A stretch of DNA of 64,000 bases. Source: Owenia fusiformis (Eukaryota). The stretch is from the NCBI GenBank assembly GCA_903813345.2, contig CAIIXF020000001.1:44268001-44332000 (forward strand). The letters are read 5' to 3'. The notes beneath the pieces are model-generated. The model had not been told where the DNA came from. It saw only the letters and a program-made list of their open reading frames with translations, and did not search any database. The position numbers and the translations under genes are program-made. Positions 22,040 through 44,100 of the stretch are shown piece by piece. Position 1 is the stretch's first letter. The number at the start of each line of letters is the position of its first letter.

Positions 22040-24595
22040 TTCATTTGGTTATTTTGAGAGAATAAAGCCAGAGAAGATTGGTATGGTGTATTATTATGAT
22101 TTATTTGATATGTTATAAAATGTATTTAACTTTGTATTAGTTACTTCTTGTTTAAGTAATAAACAAAGATTATTTGTAATCACTTATTCGCTTAATCAAT
22201 TTGATTACATCAAAAAAGGACGAGATCCACGTCCTTGCATCTTTTCATGACGGACCTAAATATTCATTCAAGTCCGTGTTTTGATCACACAATGTGTCCA
22301 TCTGTTGGCTTTAAACATCTCACGTGACCTCATTGAATATGTAACATGGTAGAATTTTAAGTTAAACGATCATTTTGTAAAAATGTGAAGTTTGACTGTA
22401 ATTCTACCTGTTACATTGATTCAATGAGGTCAAGTGCCCTTCCCATGTGATTTCATGGCCCACCCTTTCCAGTGTGTTTGCTTGCAAAATGCATATTTAT
22501 CATCATCTGGAGTAGAATATAAATATAATTTTGTATTCATCTGGACACATTGGTGGTTAAAGACTGATATTTCAAACGTCTGTTGCGTGCGCAATGCTTT
22601 CTCACTTGACCTCATTGAATCAATGTAACAGGTAGAATTACAGTCAAACTTCACATTTTTACAAAATGATCGTTTAACTTAAAATTTGACTGACATATGT
22701 ATAATTTCACCAACACAATTGAAGTGTCAAAACTGGATGCTCAGTAACTTTGACTATAATCCCATGATTACTCAGATAAACACCAATTCACTTATCAAGA
22801 AATACCATTCAATGTCTATACAAAGAAAGTAAGCAATGTTTTGGAGGATATATTTCAAACTTTTTGTATAAATTATTCATTAAGTATTTGCACTTAAATT
22901 TTTTTCAATTGTGGCATAGTCATATGCATTCTCTTTGATGCCAATATTCTTCATTATTCATTAATTGTGATACAAATTGATATTTTTGTTCTCTCAGAAG
23001 AAGGATAAGATATTTAAGTTTCATAATATGTGTGATTGAGTTGGTTTTTCGGACATTACAATTTTCAATATTTTCTAAGTCGATATCCAGACTCATCCTT
23101 TGTAAGCCATAAATGTTTTTGGTGGGTATCTTGAGTACTGAGTAGTTGGTAGTTAATCAAAGGGCGAGAACTAAGAAGTGTTGTCTCGGGTTGTAAAAAT
23201 GGGCAGCTTCACTATATCCCTACTGGACTTTGTTGGAAGATGCACTACTTTATTTTTGCAACAACTATTTGCAATTTTTGATATGGAATTTCTCTGGACA
23301 AGTACAACTATTACTATGTAAGTAGATTGGGTCATTCCCTAATAAGGACTACCTTCCAGTGAGCTCTTCAGGCACAAACGTTGGATAATATCTAACCTGA
23401 TATTGCAACTTCTTGTGAAACTATGGTTTTATTATCTGAATGGTGCTTGTTCTCAAAGGGCAAGCTGAGCATGGAGTACCACATCCAATTGAAATCTTCA
23501 TCAATCTACCATGATTAACTGTCTCCAACATAAACGTACATTCTCTTAAAATTGGAACATGATCAGAGCGGTTTTAATGCAATGGAAGCATCAGTCCATT
23601 TACTTTTGGGATAACCTGTATAAATGATTAATTCAACACATTTTTATGTCAGTGACATTGTTATAGTCTCCAACTTTTTTATGGATGGTGTTCAGTGCCT
23701 CTAACAAATGGCAGGTGGTGCATTTATGCCTTGTCAAATAATGTTGATCTAATACATGTACATACATTTCACAACTTAAAAAATGACACTAATATGCAAT
23801 GTGCAATATAATTTTATTCCATCCATATCAAACCATATACATAGTATATATTCATTATATCCTTAAAATTCAAAACCTAATTCCCTGTTTGTGCTCAAAA
23901 ATATAAGAGATATTTATGTTATAATAAAACATAGCTGCCAGAGAAGAAATGAGACCAACTAGATGTGTAATAAAACGTTGTACAATAGTTAGTATTCCAT
24001 AATAAGTGCCTAAAGTAGTACCACCAGGGACTATTTCCAGAACATTCTTAGCCAGGCATACATATGCATGTTGTAACCGTGTAATAGTTTAAATATATTA
24101 TTCACTCAAGATATCTTAATTTTACAAACTCTGTAGTCTATGTTTAGAAATACTATTGCGCGCTCTCTCAATATGAGATCATGATTTATTCATTTGGGAA
24201 TATATAGCAAAGAATGATTCAGGAATTGGACCCAGATTCTTGCAATGACTTTTCAGTCTCATATAACATAATAGTCAAAAAGGTGAGACATGTTCTTAAG
24301 ACTAGCCAAATGTAGAATGTCTACTAAATATAGTTATATGCACCATCAGCAGACATGACAGACCAATGTGCATATTTATTATCACTTTGAATTTAATCAA
24401 TTCCTCTTAAAATCGAGAAATGTTAACAAAACCAGAGACACCTGCACTGCTTCGATAGTTTAGTAGTTGATACCGATTCCCATTAGTAAAGTGTCAATTT
24501 AATACACTATGTGCATATTATGTTTGAATGTGGTGATAGAAGTAGATTGGTTCATCAGTTCACTGTTGAGTGTTGACTGTAACTCAGCAATTAGA

Positions 24596-34890
<10,295 letters not shown>

Positions 34891-35196
34891 TTTACGGAGC
34901 GTGGCACAATCAACTTTTATGAAAGTCAACAATTTGTAAAGGAGGCCTAAAAGCAAAGTGTATTTTGAGCAGATCATGTCATTTCTTTCAGTGAGATATG
35001 ATAGAATAATGAGTATGCATGAAGCTGCTGATTAATTTTGAAAGTAGAATACTATGAGTATATGTCCGAAATGTGGAGATTCTATGTCTAAAAGGAGTTT
35101 GTAACTGATAGACCGAGTAGAAATTTAAGCTTTAAGGTCACATTTTTGAGGTCGATCACTTTTCATGACACACCACATAGAAATAATATTTTTGAT
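34891..35196. promoter_or_regulatory. Bidirectional promoter CTH/ANKRD13C
   Basis: Only 306 bp separate the divergent start codons. Confidence 0.65.
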
Positions 35197-38100
35197 ATGG
35201 CAGAAGAATTTCCACTCCACGAAAGTATATTTCGGGGTGATTTGAAGGCAGTATCACAGTTGCTAAGGACACATGATGTTGCACAAAAAGATAAACACGG
35301 TAATTGTATTTTGTGTACTCTCTCTTTTCTCAAATTCTTCAGTAATGGAGTGACTCTAAAAACTAAAAAACTCATTCGTTTCAGGCTTTGCTTTCTCAGT
35401 CATTGAGTCATTCTGATTCTCTTGAAAGCACAGATAGTGGGAAGTTCTCCTATGCGCTCATTATGTATACCTGGTTATGAAAGTGATATCCACCTTCCAG
35501 TCCTTCCATATCTGCTATAGGGGAGATGCATCGAACTTCGAAGAAGGGCAAAGGGGTGTAACATCGACATGTGGGATAAAGTCGACATAAGAGACGGGGT
35601 AACTTCGACACTTACTTATTAGAAGAAGAATTTACATTTTCCGCCATTTTGATTTCTGGAAAAATTAAAATCTCGGAGATCTTGATCCATGCGAGAAAAA
35701 AAACATGGCTAAGGCCCGTAGCCAGGGTAGTATGTATCCAACAGACCGAATATAATATTCGGTCTGTTATGATTGATATATTTCCTGTGGAAATCGCGGT
35801 GATATTTTTTGCACATTAATTTCTCGTTTATTACAAGAATGTTCACCTTGAAAATTGGTGAATATGTTGAAGAGATGTTCATCTTAAACTAGAAGCAAAA
35901 ATATTTGTATAAGGCGGGTACAAGTTGATATAAAATAATGAAATGTTCAGACTCACCAAAACTTCAGGATGTGTTCATAAGTAGGTCGCGAAATCAATGT
36001 CAAGGACGTTTGAGTTCACGAGATCCAAACGAGATATGCAAATTTTTTGAACTTTGACAACACATGACCACTTGATTACCTCGGCCTTCTTCATGAATAT
36101 TTCCGCTCTATTTACTATAAATGAAGAAAATTAATCGGGATAATGATAATAAATGACTAGATCTAATAAATTCCCGCACAAATGGAATTTATCAATACAC
36201 TTCCGTAATGTTGCTCCGTCCGCTCGCACGTGTTATTTGTTTACAAATAGACTGACGTCACTGGCTAAATCTCGTTTATCGTGAGAATTGTCATTGCCAA
36301 AATGGCTTGACCTAATCAATGGCTTCGCTACAAGAAGCGTCTGTACATTTTATGAATATCTTCAGTAAGAGGACAATAAACGAAAAAATAATATTGTAAG
36401 TTCTTTATAAGGTAATCATTTTATCATTAAACAAACTTATTTGTAACATTTATACAACACCACATTTTACAATAGGTGACTTACAGTCTGAATATTTATT
36501 CAGACGAAGGATACAGTCCAGTAGCCAGGGGGGGTTTGCAGGGTTCGGGCGAATCCCCCTGGCCAAAAATTCTTTCACAATCATGCAGTTTTTCACCATT
36601 TTGAGCACTTTTCAAGTGATTTTAGCCATATTTGGGCAAAAATTGTCAAATGTGAACCCCCCCTGGAAATTTTTGAAAAATGTACCCCCCTTTGGCAAAT
36701 CTTGGCTACGGGCATGTGGCTTTCCCTAGATCAGCATAGTGTGTACATGTATTTATTAGTTTAACCAATTTAGCCTAGCTGGCCTTGTTTATTAAAAAAT
36801 TCAACAAAGACCTCAGAAGATATAAAATACTTCCTACCTTTTCTACGCTAAGAAATCGTCCTTTTGTTCAACATTTTACTGTATATGTGACTTCTATTTT
36901 GTTAAAATATATGGAAATCACAGAACTGCATTTACAGTATAACAATATCAGTGCTATATTTCTGGCATAACCATTGTTGGTTGCAGTTGTTGCAGATGAC
37001 GGTTTATTAAAACATGTTGATGGTCTAATTTTGGTGACTACTGCAGGCACTTCTCAACCATGGGCTTTATCTTGAGTCCCCATGCCTTTAACAACTAAAG
37101 CAAAATAGAAAGCATGAATAATCTCATGAATTGGCCAGTTTTTCTTGACATGTATGTGGTTAATATCAAACAGAATGTTGGATAGAATGCCAGATGCAAA
37201 CAGGGCTAGAATCCAGTGTCATTTTTACTTGGAAATTGTCAGGAGTTCTATAGGCAATTTTCACTGTCATCATTTTTTACCTGATTTTCATTCGGGAGAA
37301 AACTTAAGTGATTTGTTTGTGAATATCTGTGAAAAGAAGGTGCATACAGGGGTTTTGGTTATGGATAGTAGAAATAAATGTTAACATAAATTTTTCAGTT
37401 AATGATTAATGAAAACACAAGGAGGATTGGAAGCCAGAGTTCCAACTCGACATTCTTTATCCTCCAAGTGGTACAGTATTGCCAAAGCTGGCATCATTAT
37501 TGTGGATATTTACCTGGCAATAAATTCACAATCAGCATTTAACATATTAAACTAATGGCCATTAATTACGCCACTAATGATCTTGATCACTTTATGTATG
37601 ATTTGAATTCTTTTGTTTGGTAATAAGACCAAAACTCCAGGGCCGACACTAGCTTTGTTGGAGAATATCGATGTTGCACTCTGGCTGCCATCCTCCTTGA
37701 TGAAAACAAAAATGAACTCCTGTGCTAAGAAATCCTGTGCTAAGGGCTGATATGAAAAAGTTAGTTTATCCCATTGGGGATTATACCCAAGACCCCTCGC
37801 TTTCCGGGCGATTACTCTACCACTGAGCTATAGGACCGAGGGACACTGGCTTTTCCACATCAACATAACTTAAATTTTCCGAAACTTTACTTTTTTGAAC
37901 ATGAGGTTTGAATATTTGCTCTTTGTTTTTGTTGTTATCTTCTCTTTTTTACCATATTACCTTTTTATTTGCAGGTAACACTCCTTTACACTTGGCCATC
38001 ATGCTTGGACACAAAGGTAATGGATAATAGGTTTTTAATTCAATACTTCACAAAACTTTGTCAATATTAAGAAATTTCTCTATTTCGGGAAAGTTAATGG

Positions 38101-41100
38101 GTTAATTAAAATTAATAACAAATGATTTGTATTGAAATCTTTGAAATAATACTCATTCATATTTTACCTGTCAGCTACCCTTTTGAATTAAAGGAATATT
38201 CCTTGCCAGACCCTTTCTCTCTTGATATGGTAGCTATAATCATATATATAGTTTCCATATTTAGCAAAACATGGGAATATGTTTTAATATGGTCAATATT
38301 GTTCATTTAAAAATCTAGTGCTTATTTCCAGTGAGCTGCCATCTTTTAAGGTTTCTTGCAGGAAGTGATGTCATCAACTCTCAACTTCTATAACCTTGCC
38401 CATAACAGTATAGGAAAGTAGCACAAAATCCCTTCTAGACAAGTGATCATTACTTTCTGTGCAAAAATATTTTCAGGGCTTGTCAACTTAGAATAAAAGA
38501 AGAGATTTTCAGAAGGATTAAATAAGATACAAAGTTGAAAAGGAATATTTAGCTGGTTTTGTAATTCTTAATAGCTCCTCACCTAATGCTATATGCAAAG
38601 TTGAGAGTCGATGACATCACTTCCTGTGTGAAATTTTAAAAGATGGCAGCTTACTGGAATTGAGCATCACATTTCTAAGTGATCAAATTTGACCATATCA
38701 AAACATTTTGGCGTGTTTTGCTAAACATGGCAAGCATATATGGTTGTAGCTACCATATGAGGAGAGAGATGGTTTGGCAAGGAATATTCCTTTAAATGGA
38801 CTTGGCTTGTGCTCTTTGTATATCCAATAAATCTCTGAACCCGGTCTCTGAACTGGTAGAACCAATCAAAGTCTGCTTCAATTAAACATTTAAGCATGGA
38901 TTTGTGGTGTTTAATGGCAAACTATGAAATTGTATCTGCCATGGTAAGATCAACTGAAGTTGCAAACAGATGGGCAACAGATCTGAACAAAAATGATTAT
39001 AAATGTTTTATATGATTTCAGAATGCGTACATCTATTACTGGCCCACAATGCACCAGTGAAGGTGAAAAATGCACAAACCTGGGGACCCCTCGCTGAAGC
39101 TATAAGCTACGGAGATCGTCAGACAAGTAAGGCATTGATTAGTTTAGTGAAGTAACTAATTATTTTCCCTTAAAATTAGCAAAATGACAATTACAAGCCT
39201 TTGAACTTACATAACATAATTTCAGGATGGAAAATGGATGCTGAGTGGGGGGGGGGGGCACCAAATGCTGTCATCTTGTTATTCAATATAATCTGTTAAT
39301 GATCTTCCTTATACATGTACATGCTACCAATATATCATTTCTTATCATATTGTGTATTCTCATTCATTATTAATTAAAGTTGTTATTTGCATTGCATTTA
39401 TGTTATCGAAACCTACAGGCATAAGACAATAATTCTACAACAGAAGTGTGAAAGGAATGTTTATTTACTGATACAAGAGGATCAATTCATTGACAAGATC
39501 TTGACTTTATCAATCATGGAAATTGCCTTTCAAGACAGTTAATTGATGTTTTTAAATTATGGTCTCACTTTGACTTTTATGCTTCAGTGGTTCTTTAAAG
39601 ATCAAAATACAAACACCATTTTCCCAAAATTGCTAATAAATGCAAAGTATATCTGCTAGAAAATCTTTAAAAATCCCAGACTAAGTCTCATAAGATAAGA
39701 AGAGTTGAAGTATTTTATGTGTTATCCAAATATGAGATGCAGGATCAATATCATTGAGTTATTGAAATTTGTTTACAAAGAGACATCATCATTTATTTTG
39801 TAGCAATTTAACTGTTGTTGTATATGGCTGGTCGATCTCTTCCAGTGCTAAAACTGCATATAAAAAGTGCATTTGGTACATTTGTATTATAATAAGAAAG
39901 ATGTCTTTTTTCATAAGCGATGTAATTATTGCTGCTGCTTTCTCTAAAATGATATTCTATTTACTTATATTCAGTTTATTGGAGATTTTTAATGTACAAG
40001 TAATTGGATGGAGAATAGAGCAGGGGTATGGTTTTTCCTTTGAATTACACACAGTAGTCAAGTAGAACACATTTGGTACTCTACTTAAGAGGTGTTCCAC
40101 TTATAGAGGTTCAATTAGCATTAAGTCGGTTGGTCTTGGGACTCTGAAAAATGTTCCACTAGTAGATGTGTTCCACTTATAGAGGTGTTCCACTACAGGT
40201 TTCACTGTATAGTATTAATATGTACTGAATGTTCCTTATTCATATGTTCATTTTGTGTGAAGACATGCTGATGTTGAATATTGAGGTGCTAATTAAAATT
40301 GCAATGTTATTCTATGTATTTATTATGGTAACATATGGAGATAACAGGTGAATTACAAAATAAAGGAATGTTTTTGTTATGATAAACTTGATATATCACT
40401 GATGTATGTATATGTAATAACAATAACATAGTTGTTAAATGATCATGAGATATTATTTGTTATTTTAACTTTCATAACAATTCAGTGATCTCCCTAGTAA
40501 GCCAGGCAATGCACTACCCTGTTCAGAAATTACATCCCATCCTGTTGAAAACCTGTTTGCTCCCTGCTGACAACTATAAAGGGATTGTGGCATCACTTTT
40601 CCAACCCCCCCTCCCATCTCTACTTAGTTGATGGGGTCCATAACATGGTTGGCAATTTAAGATATTGGCATTCACTCTACGTATATATTCCATTGCCAAA
40701 GAGGTAGGTCCATTTCCGAGAAACGAGATAGCTGTTAGATGACAGTCAAACTCAGCTGTGAGATAAGATCAATGTTAGTGGTAGGGCTGGGGGGGGGGGG
40801 TTTACAAGGGCTAAAACTATGAACTATTGCAGTGGTGATCCAAGGCATATATACATCTACATGAACCTATCACTAACAGTTTATCATTTACTGAGTTGGG
40901 CTTTTAGAGAATAGAAAACAACAGAATCCCATTCACATTGTCCAAAGACAAGTGGTTTAGTTATGGTAAAAGTCAATGAGTTACCAATAAATATTCTCAG
41001 CTTAATCCAATACGTTGATATTAAGTGCCAAATCAAGTCCCAAATGAAATAAATTGTTTTTATCCACTTGGGGATTATTCCATGCTACAATCAATGTCTA

Positions 41101-44100
41101 AATGGCTTTAGAGCCTTTAGGTTTCACTTCCATGGTTATTATGTTATTTGCTATGCAATCCAAGAATCCTGTCTTCAGGACTTATTGAGCTGGAATTTCT
41201 GTTATAGAGCTTAAATCTGAAAAACTGTCTTCTCAGTAACTTTTTACGTAAAATATTTACATTCAACAGATTGCATTCAGCAAATCATTAAGTTTTTTTA
41301 GACACATATTTTGAGACACTTAAAGTTATCTTTCATAATAGCTGGATGTTTCAAAGTTGAACTTGAACTTGGGATTTTTATTCATCGTTTCCTCCCAAGC
41401 CAACTGCTACTTTATTCAGAATCAGTTGTTTTATTGATTTTATTCATTTTTACATCTTTTATGTTTGGAGATGTTTTCCATAATGCAAAAAATTATGAGC
41501 TGTTACAACTCTAATCAAAAATTTATCACAAAGCATTTTGTACATGTATACTTGCATTTTACTAGGTAGAAAAAAACACTACACTCTATTTGACGATATA
41601 ATTCATTGAAATTATATTTTACTGAGGAAAGGAGAACTCAGGTAGCTGTTGAGAACTACCACACAGGGCTTATCATTTGCTATGAACAAAAATAACATAT
41701 ATTTCTCCATAGTTATTGTGCCTTTTTAGGATACTGTATCATAATAAAAACAGATGACTCCAACCATGGAATAAATAGGAAATCCTGTTATTTACTCAGG
41801 ATATGATTTTTATCTCCTCATACAGGGGTTTCACTAGAATTTCTCACAACAGGCTAAATAAATGAAAACAACGGGCAAAATTAATGGAAATAATAAAAAC
41901 ATGATTCAGGCGATTTTGTGAAAACAACCGGTGAAAATCGCCTGTTGCCTGCTGCCATTGAAACCCCTGTCATAGATATTGATTGCACAGATATATATCG
42001 CATCCATTCCTGGATTAAAGTCATATCACTGAATAAATCATAGGCTTTTTCTCTATATATCCTTATGAATAACAGCTGCAGTGGCTCATTGGCAGAGTCA
42101 AGGTTACTGCTATTGCTTGGGCCCAGCTTTGATTCCCAGTTCAGACAAATTGTTTGTGCATTATGTTATTCAGGGTGTGAGACTGTGTGGTCCACAACTC
42201 ATATAAAAAGCTGTGGTATGTGCTTGTATACCCTGCGCGCAGAGCCTAGTTATAAACTACCCTCTGCCTAGTATAGGCTATATTACAGATTAGCAGCCCC
42301 ACCCCAATGATTGGTGCCTGTAACAGTCCTTGTAATAAATCTTTTCAAATCTACCACGCTGACCCTTTCTCAACCAGTCAGCAAAGTGGAAGGAACACGT
42401 GCTAAATACGTGCTCATTAACTATGCTGTGATGTCAGAGGAAATGGCCATATAGAAAGTCATCCGTATTACGACGACGAATTCTGATTGGCACGGTGAGA
42501 TTAGAGATTTATTTTAAACTGAAAGAGTGCAATCGAAGCTCTCTTTTAAGAAGCGAAGTCGAACAAATGCAAAGGACAGTTCTTGTATTTCTGTGTATCG
42601 GTGCACATAGTTTAACACAGAACTTCTCTATGGAAATGTTTCTGGCGCTTTGAGTATAAAATGTACCAACAAGATGGATTATACCAAAATATGGCTGTAA
42701 CCAATAGCTTTGGACTAGGAATTTGGATATGATAAAAAGTAAAATTTCCTGCAGAGTCAAAGCAGTAACAGTTTACTGTGTGAGCACAGGGGCTGTGGGT
42801 TCTTTATTGTGATTTATTATGATAGCCTTGGCACTAAAAATTGATTCTGTGCAATAGAATAGAAGTCACTTTCCATACCACTCTAGTCATATTCACATTG
42901 TTATGGAAATTACTTGCCATCAGTTTTCTGAATATTACAGAAGTTTTTATTGATTTGATTTGACAGTTTCAAAAAACCTTGTTGATGAATAGGGGCAAAA
43001 TCATTCATCATTCTCTGTTATGCCTTAACCATCAACTTATATTCAGTATAATGTGGATTCAGTTTTTTTATTTCTATACACTATATTCACTGTATATATA
43101 CTGCATTCTCATGCTTTTTGCCTTTCGTCAAAAGTAGTGTTGTTTTTGATCCTATTTTACAATTTAGCTCAGTCACAAAATGATTTAATGTTTTTTATCG
43201 TCACATCATAATTCTTGAAATGGCAGAGGGAAGGATTATATAGCCTCAGTCACATTTGATCCATGGCAATTGTATGGCAGCCGCAGCAGTAGCTTCCCAA
43301 AATCGTGAGAAATATGCAGCATAAGATAGGGATAAGCAGTACGATGTATATTTTCTATATCGATTTTATAAAGCTACGGCCACCATACGCCTGCCGTTGA
43401 TCAAATGTGACTGGTACTCAGAATATGTAGATAGTAGATACTAAATAATCTGAACAATAGTCTGAAATACCATAGCAGTAAGATACAGAAATAACACATT
43501 ATTATTAAACTGCGTGGGGAATACAGTAAGCTACATAATGAAGTTGCTTCAGCTATTACCAGAAATGATTACCATAAGATCAAATGCTTCCTAATTGAAC
43601 ATCACTTAGATGGTTTTTCGGTCACTTGGGTTTCATGACATTTTCATATCTATTAACATGTTTCAGCAACTCCCTTTTGATCAATTTGATGAAATGAGAG
43701 ACGCAGCAGTCATAATTGGAAATTGGCAGTATTTCACGTGATAATCATTATGTTTGGTTGTCTTTGGGGCCTCCTTATTCGTGGAGAAGTTTAGTTTTAA
43801 AGTTTTTTATTATCATTTAAACAAAACAAATTACAAACACAGCAAGGGCCGAAGCAATTCGTGGAGAAGTCTCCCGTTCTCTCTGCAAACTGGCTCCTAC
43901 TTTACTACTTATACCTAAGTCTTCCTTCTGTGGGGACAGAATGTGATAATCATTATGTTTGGTTGTCTTTGGGGCCTCCTTATTCATGGAGAAGTCTCCC
44001 ATTCTCTCTGCAAACTGCCTCCTACTTTACAACTTATACCTAAGTCTTCCTTCTGTGAGGACAGATGACTAAGTCACATATGTATTTGTCCCGTTTTCAT

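Larger units (their letters stand above)
17331..22686 (+). mobile_element. DIRS-1-type tyrosine-recombinase retrotransposon, full length, disabled
   Basis: Left ITR 17331-17406 is inverted at ~22563-22638, with a right extension to 22686. The internal complementary region ~22319-22437 joins both termini. It carries gag-like, RT-RH-MT and YR ORFs. Confidence 0.95.
16897..23102. mobile_element. ~850-bp TIR element split by the DIRS insertion (16897-17330 + 22687-23102)
   Basis: 19-bp inverted repeat AAAGGATGAGTCTGGATAT (16898) / ATATCCAGACTCATCCTTT (ends 23101), placed roughly symmetrically around the DIRS. No clear TSD. Confidence 0.55.

Noticed and set aside
17237..22654. Short ORFs sharing EKALRTQQTFEISV (17237-17473 and 22430-22654)
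   Set aside because: These are translations of the DIRS inverted terminal repeats.
37770..37838. Functional tRNA gene
   Set aside because: The T-loop (GTATAA instead of GTTCRA) and the acceptor stem are defective; better explained as a SINE head or pseudogene.
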